DNA of 42,617 bases from Nemertoderma westbladi (taxonomy: Eukaryota > Animalia > Xenacoelomorpha), in the NCBI GenBank assembly GCA_032718475.1, contig JAUCBJ010007260.1, positions 1-42,617 on the forward strand, in the 5' to 3' direction. The translations under genes and the position numbers were made by a program. How positions within the stretch are numbered: position 1 is the first letter of the stretch; each line of letters begins with the position of its first letter. Below are positions 11,544 through 23,669 of this stretch, piece by piece. The notes beneath the pieces are model-generated. The model saw only the letters and a list, made by a program, of their open reading frames with translations, did not search any database and had not been told where the DNA came from.

Positions 11544-12546
11544 AAAGATAGTGAGAGGTGGTGTTGAGGCGTGTGGAGAGAATGCGGGTGCAATTCAAAT
11601 GTGGGGGGGGGGGGGAGGAGTAAGAGGCAGAGTGAGGGACAAGGAGGTCCGAAAGTTAGAGTGGAAGTACAGAGAAGTAGAGAAGAGTTAGGGTGAAAAG
11701 TGGAGAGAAGTTAGAGTCAGTTAGAGTGGAGTGGAGATAAAATTGTGTGAGAGAAATCCACAATTGTCTCGAACCGAGACGTCAGATGTCTTGGTGCAAC
11801 ACAGGCCGAAGTTGCACCAAGAGAGGGTAGTAATATCATACCCAGAGGGTGCGGCCTGGAAAGCCGACTCCAAGTAAGAGAACTCCACCCCACACCCGAT
11901 AGTAGATCGGGTTCCAGCGGAATTGAAGCGCACTCGAAGGTGATGCTATCTTCTCACCGGGAAGATAGCATGGGGGGGGGAGTGTGAGCGGATTCAATTC
12001 CGCCTCACTATCCCCATAAAGTTGGGAAGTGGCGCCTTTTCAGCAATATTGGGAATACGAGGTTAATCAGAATTAATCTCGTATCACACCCAATAACGGG
12101 GACAACATACAGCCCCGAAGGCCACACACAAAGGAGGTTAGAGGTCAAACCACCTCGAGAGGGAAAGTAACAGCAGCGGGGGGGGGGGGAGCACTCCCAC
12201 AGAGGTGGGAGCCGAGAATTAAGATATTAGCCAATGGGGGCGAGGAAAGCATCCGCTAGATAGAGGGGCCAAAGTAGTGTAGGAATAACCAATATATATT
12301 ATATTGCATACTACCAGTCAGTTCAGTTATCTCAGTCATCTAGTGCAGATCGGTGACATTTCGTACCGTCACCGTCACTACCGGTATAACATTTTGAACC
12401 TATTGCATACATTCTGACAACTGTGCTATCGTATTTTATATCAATCATCTTATAACAATATTAGAACAACAGCAACAAACTATCTTTTCCCAATTACACG
12501 GTGACGCGTAACCTAATCAACTGGTCGGGATCCCCTGATCCCGTCA

Positions 12547-15500
12547 CAGCCAAGTGCTTATTGAGTTAATCAATATTAGATTAGCAGCCAAGTGCTCATT
12601 GAGTATATCAATATTAGATTAGCAGCCAAGTGCTTATTGAGTATATCAATATTAGATTAGCAGCCAAGTGCTTATTGAGTTAATCAATATTAGATTAGCA
12701 GCCAAGTGCTCATTGAGTATATCAATATTAGATTAGCAGCCAAGTGCTTATTGAGTATATCAATATTAGATTAGCAGCCAAGTGCTTATTGAGTATATCA
12801 ATATTAGATTAACAGCCAAGTGCTTATTGAGTTAATCAATATTAGATTAGCAGCCAAGTGCTCATTGAGTATATCAATATTAGATTAGCAGCCAAGTGCT
12901 TATTGAGTATATCAATATTAGATTAGCAGCCAAGTGCTTATTGAGTATATCAATATTAGATTAGCAGCCAAGTGCTTATTGAGTATATCAATATTAGATT
13001 AGCAGCCAAGTGCTTATTGAGTATATCAATATTAGATTAGCAGCCAAGTGCTTATTGAGTTAATCAATATTAGATTAGCAGCCAAGTGCTTATTGAGTAT
13101 ATCAATATTAGATTTGCAGCCAAGTGCTTATTGAGTATATCAATATTAAATTAGCAGCCAAGTGCTTATTGAGTTAATCAATATTAGATTATCAGCCAAG
13201 TGCTTATTGAGTATATGAATATTAGATTAGCAGCCAAGTGCTTATTGGGTATACCAATATTAGATTAGCAGCCAAGTGCTTATTGAGTTAATCAATATTA
13301 GATTAGCAGCCAAGTGCTTATTGAGTATATCAATATTAGCTTAGCAGCCAAGTGCTTATTGAGTTAATCAATATTGGATTACCAGCCAAGTGCTTATTGA
13401 GTATATCAATATTAGATTAGCAGCCAAGTGCTTATTGAGTATATCAATATTAGATTAGCAGCCAAGTGCTTATTGAGTATATCAATATTAGATTAGCAGC
13501 CAAGTGCTTGTTGAGTTATTCAATATTAGATTACCAGCTAAGTGCTTATTGAGTATATCAATATTAGATTAACAGCCAAGTGCTTATTGAGTATATCAAT
13601 ATTAGATTAACAGCCAAGTGCTTATTGAGTATATCAATATTAGATTAGCAGCCAAATGCTTATTGAGTATATCAATATTAGATTAGCAGCAAAGTGCTTA
13701 TTGAGTATATCAATATTAGATTAGCAGCCAAGTGCTTATTGAGTATATCAATATTAGATTAGCAGCCAAGTGCTTATTGAGTTAATCAATATTAGATTAG
13801 CAGCCAAGTGCTTATTGAGTATATCAATATTAGCTTAGCAGCCAAGTGCTTATTGAGTTAATCAATATTGGATTACCAGCCAAGTGCTTATTGAGTATAT
13901 CAATATTAGATTAGCAGCTAAGTGCTTATTGAGTATATCAATATTAGATTAGCAGCCAAGTGCTTATTGAGTATATCAATATTAGATTAGCAGCCAAGTG
14001 CTTGTTGAGTTATTCAATATTAGATTACCAGCTAAGTGCTTATTGAGTATATCAATATTAGATTAACAGCCAAGTGCTTATTGAGTATATCAATATTAGA
14101 TTAACAGCCAAGTGCTTATTGAGTATATCAATATTAGATTAGCAGCCAAATGCTTATTGAGTATATCAATATTAGATTAGCAGCCAAGTGCTTATTGAGT
14201 ATATCAATATTAGATTAGCAGCCAAGTGCTTATTGAGTATATCAATATTAGATTAGCAGCCAAGTGCTTATTGAGTATATCAATATTAGATTAGCAACCA
14301 AGTGCTTATTGAGTATATCAATATTAGATTAGCAGCCAAGTGCTTATTGAGTATATCAATATTAGATTAGCAGCCAAGTGCTTATTGAGTATATCAATAT
14401 TAGATTAGCAACCAAGTGCTTATTGAGTATATCAATATTAGATTAGCAGCCAAGTGCTTATTGAGTATATCAATATTAGATTAGCAGCCAAGTGCTTATT
14501 GAGTATATCAATATTAGATTAGCAGCCAAGTGCTTATTGAGTATATCAATATTAGATTAGCAGCCAAGTGCTTATTGAGTATATCAATATTAGATTAGCA
14601 GCCAAGTGCTTATTGAGTATATCAATATTAGATTAGCAGCCAAGTGCTTATTGAGTATATCAATATTAGATTAACAGCCAAGTGCTTATTGAGTATATCA
14701 ATATTAGATTAACAGCCAAGTGCTTATTGAGTATATCAATATTAGATTAGCAGCCAAATGCTTATTGAGTATATCAATATTAGATTAGCAGCCAAGTGCT
14801 TATTGAGTATATCAATATTAGATTAGCAGCCAAGTGCTTATTGAGTATATCAATATTAGATTAGCAGCCAAGTGCTTATTGAGTATATCAATATTAGATT
14901 AGCAGCCAACTGCTTATTGAGAATATCAATATTAGATCAGCAGCCAAGTGCTTATTGAGTATATCAATATTAGATTAGCAGCCAAGTGCTTATTGAGTAT
15001 ATCAATATTAGATTAGCAGCCAAGTGCTTCTTGAGTTAATCAATATTAGACTAGCAGCCAAGTGCTTATTGAGTATATCAATCAATATTAGATTAGCAGC
15101 CAAGTGCTTATTGAGTATATCAATATTAGATTAGCAGCCAAGTGCTTATTGAGTTAATCAATATTAGACTAGCAGCCAAGTGCTTATTGAGTATATCAAT
15201 ATTAGATTAACAGCCAAGTGCTTATTGAGTTAATCAATATTAGACTAGCAGCCAAGTGCTTATTGAGTATATCAATATTAGATTAACAGCCAAGTGCTTA
15301 TTGAGTATATCAATATTAGATTAGCAACCAAGTGCTTATTGAGTATATCAATCTTAGATTAGCAGCCAAGTGCTTATTGAGTATATCAATATTAGATTAG
15401 CAGCCAAGTGCTTATTGAGTATATCAATATTAGATTAGCAGCCAAGTGCTTATTGAGTATATCAATATTAGATTAGCAGCCAAGTGCTTATTGAGTATAT

Positions 15501-17117
15501 CAATATTAGATTAGCAGCCAAGTGCTTATTGAGTATATCAATATTAGATTAGCAGCCAAGTGCTTATTGAGTATATCAATATTAGATTAGCAGCCAAGTG
15601 CTTATTGAGTATATCAATATTAGATTAGCAGCCAAGTGCTTATTGAGTATATCAATATTAGATTAGCAGCCAAGTGCTTATTGAGTATATCAATATTAGA
15701 TTAGCAGCCAAGTGCTTATTGAGTATATCAATATTAGATTAGCAGCCTCGTGCTTTTTGAGTATATCAATATTAGATTAGCAGCCAAATGCTTTTTGAGT
15801 ATATCAATATTAGTTTAGCAGCCAAGTGCTTATTGAGTATATGAATATTAGATTAGCAGCCAAGTGCTTATTGAGTATATCAATATTAGATTAGCAGCCA
15901 AGTGCTTATTGAGTATATCAATATTAGATTAGCAGCCAAGTGCTTATTGAGTATATCAATATTAGATTAGCAGCCAAGTGCTTATTGAGTATATCAATAT
16001 TAGATTAGCAGCCAAGTGCTTATTGAGTATATTAATATTAAATTAGCAGCCAAGTGCTTTTTGAGTATATCAATATTAGATTAGCAGCCAAGTGCTTATT
16101 GAGTATATCAATATTAGATTAGCAGCCAAGTGCTTATTGAGTATATCAATATTAGATTAGCATCCAAGTGCTTATTGAGTATATCAATATTAGATTAGCA
16201 GCCAAGTGCTTATTGAGTATATCAATATTAGATTAGCCACCAAGTGCTTATTGAGTATATCAATATTAGATTAGCAGCCAAGTGCTTATTGAGTATATCA
16301 ATATTAGATTAGCAGCCAAGTGCTTATTGAGTATATCAATATTAGATTAGCAGCCAAGTGCTTATTGAGTACATCAATATTAGATTAGCAGCCAAGTGCT
16401 TATTGAGTATATCAATATTAGATTAGCAGCCAAGTGCTTATTGAGTATATCAATATTAGATTAGCAGCCAAGTGCTTATTGAGTATATCAATATTAGATT
16501 AGCAGCCAAGTCCTTATTGAATATATCAATATTAGATTAGCATCCAAGTGCTTATTGAGTATATCAATATTAGATTAGCAACCAAGTGCTTATTGAGTAT
16601 ATCAATATTAGATTAGCCACCAAGTGCTTATTGAGTATATCAATATTAGATTAGCAGCCAACTGCTTATTGAGAATATCAATATTAGATCAGCAGCCAAG
16701 TGCTTATTGAGTATATCAATATTAGATTAGCAGCCAAGTGCTTATTGAGTATATCAATATTAGATTAGCAGCCAAGTGCTTCTTGAGTTAATCAATATTA
16801 GACTAGCAGCCAAGTGCTTATTGAGTATATCAATCAATATTAGATTAGCAGCCAAGTGCTTATTGAGTATATCAATATTAGATTAGCAGCCAAGTGCTTA
16901 TTGAGTTAATCAATATTAGACTAGCAGCCAAGTGCTTATTGAGTATATCAATATTAGATTAACAGCCAAGTGCTTATTGAGTTAATCAATATTAGACTAG
17001 CAGCCAAGTGCTTATTGAGTATATCAATATTAGATTAACAGCCAAGTGCTTATTGAGTATATCAATATTAGATTAGCAACCAAGTGCTTATTGAGTATAT
17101 CAATCTTAGATTAGCAG
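12547..17117. repeat. 38-bp satellite array, 120 units
   Basis: Unit CAGCCAAGTGCTTATTGAGTATATCAATATTAGATTAG. Length 4571 = 120x38 + two 4-bp insertions + 3. No spacers. Confidence 0.98.
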
Positions 17118-17444
17118 TGATTTTTAACGGCTTTTAAAATGATTATTCACTGTTATTACATCATCCTTCACCTCTTGCTGCATTATTGGTGAATGATGAC
17201 TGAATCTGATAACAATATAAAAATAGAGAGGGTCCAATTAATATTTCATTCGTTCATATTATTCTAAAAGTTTCAAGGGTTCAAAAACAAACGGTTTTGT
17301 ATCTCGTACAATTTACAATTTTTTTTACAAATGTTTATACTCAAAATAAAATTATTACTTTGAGGAAAGTTCGTAAATGTGCAGATTCCCAACTCTGTTT
17401 CAGAGACAAATGGGGGCCATATTGACCCCCAATCCCGAAATTAA

Positions 17445-18171
17445 GGGGGGGGGGGGGGGGGGGGGGGTACACCATTTTCGGACAACTCTTCGTTTTATCA
17501 CTCTCAGCGTTTCAAAATTGTTTGGTTTTGGCTAAAATTTGGCATATAGGTGCCTAAGATGCTATTCTACATGACAGGTCAGAAAAAATTTTTTTTTCGC
17601 TATTTAATATTAGTTAATACTAGTTAACAATAAAAAAAACTTGGTTGCGCTTAAAACCCTAAGGCTTTTATAGTTTTGAACCTAATCACATGAAAGTTTT
17701 TTTATATGATAGATCAAAGATGGGGCAACATAACTATCAGGCGAAATTTTGTGAAAATAATTCTGCACCGCTAGGTGGCGCTGCAAATTTATGCTAATTT
17801 TTAGGTTTTTTATAAATAGTATTAAATTTTATTAACAAAAAATTTCGAAAAGTTGTCTGATACTTTTATGCAGGGTGGCTATGTAGACACCCACAGAAAG
17901 TTTCAGACTAATTATTCAAAAATTGTAGAAGTAGTAGGGTTTTGAAGTTGACAATTTCATGAAAAAAATATTTGGAGATAATCGACCTTTCATTATACAT
18001 AGTAATAGTAATTTCAATAGGACTCCCTAAATGGAAATTTACAGAACTTGAAAACTAAAAGAGCTATTAAATAGCGGTTTTCAGATTTGGAAAGACCATT
18101 CAATGGTGCATTATAATAGACAATAAAAAAAATTTCGACATATTTTGGACCAAAATGGTGTACCCCCCCCC
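17445..18171. mobile_element. MITE with G-rich TIRs and TAA TSD (PIF/Harbinger- or Zator-type target)
   Basis: Left end (G)nTACACCATTTT, right end AAAATGGTGTA(C)n. TAA at 17442-17444 and 18172-18174. Confidence 0.75.
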
Positions 18172-19879
18172 TAATAGGGTTATGTTGAATATAATATTGT
18201 GCTAAATTAATATCCAATCCTCAGGACATTGTCAATCATATGCTATATATTTCGTGAAAACTCTGTTATAAATTATATCCATTATTTAACTGACATTTCA
18301 CTACTAACTTATACAAATTTAGAACTAAATAAGTAAAGTTAATGGTGAATTTGAAACAATAAACACCAGTAAAACCCCCGACTCGAAATCATGTATCGAA
18401 CTCGTGGCTCTTAGTTGACCTTAGTGGCTTATGTTCTACAAGGGTAGCACTAAAGCCAATGTGGCTCTCTATTTAACATTTCATTCGTTTGTATGGGTTT
18501 TGGTTGTTAAAAAAAGGCTCTTCTGAAACATGATACCAAAAAATGTTACAAATAGAATTCACTCACATAAATACAATTATTACTATATTAATTGTACTAC
18601 TGTAGTATTTATAATTGTATAATAAATACTGTATATTAAGAATAAAGCCGTTTGGCATTAAAATATCAAAATAACTAACAAAAGTATTTTATTATAATAA
18701 ATGACTCTGCTGCAACGTCAAATCATTTATTTATGGCAACCAAATGGTTGAAAACAAATTAACGTAGACTTAGATCGCTCTACGAGCAGAGATCGGTCAG
18801 GTTAACAAATTATTGCACGCCAATGAATCAGTTCAAAGCAATTTGTTTTTGAAATCGAAATTTAATCAGAATTCCAACATTTTAGGGGATAATTGCAAAT
18901 TCAATTTTGTATACAATACAAATACAAATAAATTGAAATTCCCTTCCATTGTTCTACTAAATTGGTCTAAAATATGACCCTAGAGGGAGTTTGAATGGCC
19001 CTTTTCATGATAAATATAATTTGGTATCAGTACTCACTTATATAAATCAATAGCAGAGGTTCAATGTGGTTTTGTGGTTTCATTTTGTGAAGAATAGAAA
19101 GAAAGTGACAGAATAGAAATAAATAGGGTTTTCTGTCACTCAATTTCAATGTTAAATATCTATGGGGTTCACAGGTATCTATACAAGAAAACTGATCAGG
19201 TTCTTCACTAATTATTGCAAAAACAATATCGAATAGTTTTGCGAAATTGTATTTAACACAAACCCAATCCTGGAACATTTTGTAACAAGCAATTTCGTCA
19301 GGGACAGAATTGTCAGGGACATAATTTTTTCGAGTTCAACTTAAATCTGAATATCGCTAGTAGTTTTATATGAGGTATGATAAAACTCTACGAAAGAGTA
19401 CTTTGGTTGCATGAGAGCATTCCATTATAAGTTGGGGTCTGCTGTTAAGAATTTTATTGGCAGTCAGGGACAGATTGATATCCCGGCTACCAGTACTACA
19501 ATTTATGACCACTTTCTAAAACAAGGAGATTGTTATAGGAATTATAACAGTGTATACAAAATTTCAACAATTCAACGTTTGAACAATTTAATATAAGTAT
19601 ATCTTTATACCTGTACCATATTCAAACAATTTCACAGTTTAACAATTCAATATACATAATATAGCCTATTAAATTCAATACCGGTACTGATAAAACATTC
19701 AAGCAATTTCATAGTTTAATATTTCAATACTTATATGAACAATTCAAAATTATTTCAAATTTAGCAAAAAATGTCCTTATTTAATCTGTTTATAATCAGT
19801 AAGATCGCAAGGAAACTTATAAATGCCCCTTCCTGATATACCAGGTGCTGGAAAAATAGCCTGGATGGTCGATATCTTA

Positions 19880-21387
19880 CAGTCCCAATCCCAATAAACA
19901 TTAACTTGGTCATTTTGGCGGCCAAAATTACCAAAATGGCCAAGTAAAAACTGCGGTATTCATGAAAGGAACTGCTGAGGCACGTTGGCTTGTCAATCAC
20001 AGCCAGTGAATACAGGCTGAGTGTAAGTAAAGCCCAGCATGTTGGCGCTGAGGTAGAGTTCTGAGGTAGAGTTCTCTCTACCTTTAGGTAGAGAGAAAGG
20101 CTCCAGTGTAGTAATGGCTGGGCTCGCCACTGTAGTAAACATGCCTGTAAGAGTGCAGTGTGAGGCGCCCTAACTTATTATTTTCTACATATTTTTTACT
20201 AATCTAATAATTAACACACCTTTACCTGTCACTTAGGTTATAAGCAGTGTGCTACCACTTGCAGCGTAATAATTAATTATTTACTTTAATTCTATTCAAT
20301 TGGTAATAAAAATAACAAGTTCATATATTTAATTTGTAAAAATTCTTTAAAATATGAGAAAAGAACTTTACATAGATTTTTCTTTATTTAGCTGTTTAGT
20401 ACGCTGTAATATAAATGCTCTCATAAATACAGTTAGGGGGGGGGGGGGGGGGGGGGGGGGGACTTGACGCAAATAACAGATGATTACTCTCAAACATAAA
20501 ACTGTAATGTTCATTTATGTTTAATTAATTGTTTTGGTTAAAATAACGTGCCACTATAACCTGCTCCCTATAACCTAACAATTTAACATTGAGGCGGGAT
20601 ATTAATTCGCCAAGGCGAGTTTTGCGTCCAGTCCCCCCCCCCCCCCCCCCCCCCCCCTGTCTCGATAAATAATAATTACATCATCATAAATTCACCCAAA
20701 TATGCCGACTCTGTTGACTGTTAGCACAGAGCCTGATATTATAATGTTTTCAGTTACTATCGCCCTCGAATTCAGACCCAGCTACTAGAAATAGGCCGCG
20801 CCGCTCTAATCTGAATTTCATCAGTATACCGAACTCGTTCGAGACTGAGTGTCGCTATTTAATAGCTACCTCTCGCCCTGTCACAGACCCAGCTTCTAAC
20901 TATAAAACTATAATTAGGACGCCTTCATACAGAACACATTGCCATTTCATAATGACTCTAAACTGAAGCTACACAAAGGAAAAAGTGAGAAGTGATTATC
21001 TAATAATAACACACAAAATCCGATTATTATACATACTCCTCCAGTCCTCCTTTTAACAAAGCCGCATTCAACTAACTCCCTTATTACGTATTAGCCTGTG
21101 CTGTATCAATGCCTCAGTGGGTGGTCTCTACTACAACTGAAAGGCCCGACTCAGCTCCAGGTAAGTTAACAATCTGTCAATAATAAAAATGAAAGCGAGC
21201 CGACATTTAGTCAGAGCAACCAAGTGGATGTCCAAGGAGACGGGCTGTCTGGACTTGACTGAGTCGAGTTAAATCGCTTCGCCAAAACGACCAAGTAGCC
21301 CATAGGAATACACTACATTTTTTTTGGCGATTTTGGTCATTTTGGCCGCCAAAACGACCAAGTTAATGTTTATTGGGATTGGGACTG
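19880..21387. mobile_element. Non-autonomous Tc1/mariner/pogo-type element (MITE), 64-bp TIRs, TA TSD
   Basis: TIR CAGTCCCAATCCCAATAAACATTAACTTGGTC... at 19880-19943 against 21324-21387 (3 mismatches). TA on both sides, and the host frame is restored with a single TA. Confidence 0.9.
20436..20657. mobile_element. Small inverted-repeat element nested in the MITE
   Basis: (G)26-ACTTGACGCAAA at the left end and TTTGCGTCCAGT-(C)25 at the right end (1 mismatch). No clear TSD. Confidence 0.55.
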
Positions 21388-22452
21388 TAATGGGGAAAAT
21401 GTCAATAGCATCTGGCCATTTAAACACCCACTCTCCTGACAAATATGTCGACGCATGAACTTTACAGACACTGTGTTATCTGTTGTTTCTGAACTGATCA
21501 CTGTATCCACACACTCAAAACCAGCTTCAAACTTCGAAATAACATAGACACCAGGGACAACATTCTTTGCAAATGGATAAGCAAGAGGTTGGTTTACATG
21601 ATATTCTATGACACATTCTCTCTGGATTTCACTGGTATCTGGTTCATTATCACACTCAGCGAATGAGTGGTCACACATGTTAGCATCATCATTATCTTTC
21701 AAAGAATGAGCCAGAATGGACATAGTAGGCTGTAATGTGCGATACCCACTAAGCTGGTAGAATTCCAGTGATAAATTATCAAGCCGCGACACCTGATGAA
21801 TCTGCAAAGTTGACTTCACCTTGAAGGCATTAGATAGTATTCTCTAAAACCTCCCACGAGTTTCATCCACTTCTGACTTGTCAATATAACTCATGGTTGT
21901 AGTTACACATTCATTGGCATAGACTGCAAATTCCCGAGCATCCTGCAGGACAACCTTACCACTCATCACATTTATGCGGACTTTCTGCTTGATGTTCCCC
22001 CCAATGCCGTCGTGAGGCCCTTTAAAATGATGGGCCTCACTGTAATTCCACTTCATTTTTACAGATCCAATATCATACAATGGCAATAGTGTAAATGTAA
22101 ATCTGGATCGGAACTGGGATGATGAACCGTCAGACCAAACGTGTACTTGTGATAGCTTTGTTGGATGTAAAAGTTTACGAACTTCCTGAATAAGGTTGTT
22201 GCAGCAAATATACGTGAGAATCTTATCATGCTCAATTTCATTGCTCACTACAGCGAAAGACTTTTTCTTCAAAGTCGTGTTGATAACATCATCGGAGCTC
22301 TCTGTATTGGGCAACATTTCTATGTCATCTTGGTCTATATTAAAGTTATTAACCAAACGGCAAGCCGACTTCAGGGCACAACAATGCATTTCGTGTAGTG
22401 ACTGAGAAATAAAGGAGTTTCTTTACACCCGACTCTATCTGTTATATTATAC

Positions 22453-22493
22453 AATCCAATTAATTTCTCCCACTAGGGGCATCATCAGGGAAA
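22453..22493 (-). ncRNA. Degenerate minimal type I hammerhead ribozyme in the PLE 3' pseudo-LTR
   Basis: Minus strand reads TCC-CTGATGA-TGCCCCTAGTGGGA-GAAA-TTAATT-GGA. Core boxes are present and stem III is palindromic (ATTAAT), but stem I is only 3 bp and the base of stem II is imperfect. Confidence 0.5.
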
Positions 22494-23552
22494 TAAATTA
22501 AAAAACAGAAATACCGCACAAGGTATGTAAGATGAGGTAGGCTACAGTAAAACAAGAGGTTGTTACATTAACCTATTAGACTAGGATTATGACTAACTAT
22601 GCATTAAAATAATCAATACAGCAAAAGGGCCAACCTATTACCTGACTACAGTACTAATTGTAGGAGCAGAGTATAAAAAAAGTTTTGAATTTAGAATAAG
22701 CAAAAATACTGTAAAGTGCACCTGTCTGCCGGTGTAGCAGAAAATAAATGAAAAATTATAAAATTATTACCGGGCGTACTAATGCAGTGCACTGTACACT
22801 GCAGTAGTGCAAGCAACGGCCTTATAGGTGAAGCTGTCAGCAGACTGAATGTGGGGGTTAGTTAGGTCCTAGGTAAGGGTACTATCTACTGTAATATAAC
22901 TTTAACAATGTGTAAAAGCCTAAATTTTAAAATTCTAAATAATATACGGCAGAATGCAGATGAAATATTTCGATTATACAATATAAAAATTTAAAAAGGC
23001 CTAAATGAAAAACGAACACTACTACTGTAATTGCACAGCAGTTTACTTCTTTTGTTAGAATTCAATTAATATTAATTCACGAATCTATATATAAAATCAA
23101 TAAACGTTTAATTACAGACTTATATGTAGTATTGTTCTATTTATGAAACATCTCTAATTATTTAAATAAATACGGTGGATTCAGTTTATGATATTCATGA
23201 TTATACTATATAACATTAAAAAATAAAAAGAACAAAAACAAAAAAGTCCTGAAAGTAAAACGAACTTAACTAATTGAAATTGCACGGTAGTGTAGTTCTT
23301 ATATTGTACTGTATGTGTAAGAATTCAAATAAATACTAAATTAAACCTTATGATTACCAATTTATGTTCCGCTTGGCACCAATCAAAAACTCACAGATGG
23401 GGTGTGGAAACTTATTGCACTAAACTGTATTGCGATATACGGCCCTGTGATCTTCTCGTTCCAGGGTGTTCTGGGCAGGTCTCTCATAGTGCCACACGTC
23501 TTACACCTCCAACCTCAGTGCCACTCCCAACTCAGAGACTAGTGGCTGAGCT

Positions 23553-23606
23553 GGTTAGCGCTACTGATGAGGCCTGTGAGGCCGAAACGTATGTATAGCG
23601 CTGGTT
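23553..23606 (+). ncRNA. Minimal type I hammerhead ribozyme
   Basis: Stem I AGCGCTA (23557-63) / TAGCGCT (23596-602), CTGATGA (23564-70), stem II GGCCT/AGGCC, GAAA (23584-87), short stem III AC-GTAT-GT, GUA cleavage triplet ending at 23595. Confidence 0.9.
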
Positions 23607-23669
23607 CAACCCCCGGTGACGCGCTTTCTCATTTTTTCCACTTCTGAACAAACCCGTAATATTATACCT

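Larger units (their letters stand above)
19777..22300 (-). pseudogene. Sola2-like DDD transposase, 5'-truncated and split by the MITE at 19880-21387
   Basis: SFAVVSNEIEHDK, VWSDGSSSQFRSRF and WNYSEAHHFKGPHDGIGGNIK. The C-terminus VSVKFM...FKWPDAIDIFPI|KISTIQAIFPAPGISGRGIYKF...IK* is restored after removing the MITE. Confidence 0.7.

Noticed and set aside
12547-17117. CRISPR array (38-bp palindromic repeat)
   Set aside because: Units are head-to-tail with no unique spacers, there are no cas genes, and the context is eukaryotic.
18375-18470. tRNA gene or tRNA-derived SINE head on the minus strand
   Set aside because: There is a B-box-like GAGTTCGATAC, but no cloverleaf, tail or TSD; too weak to call.
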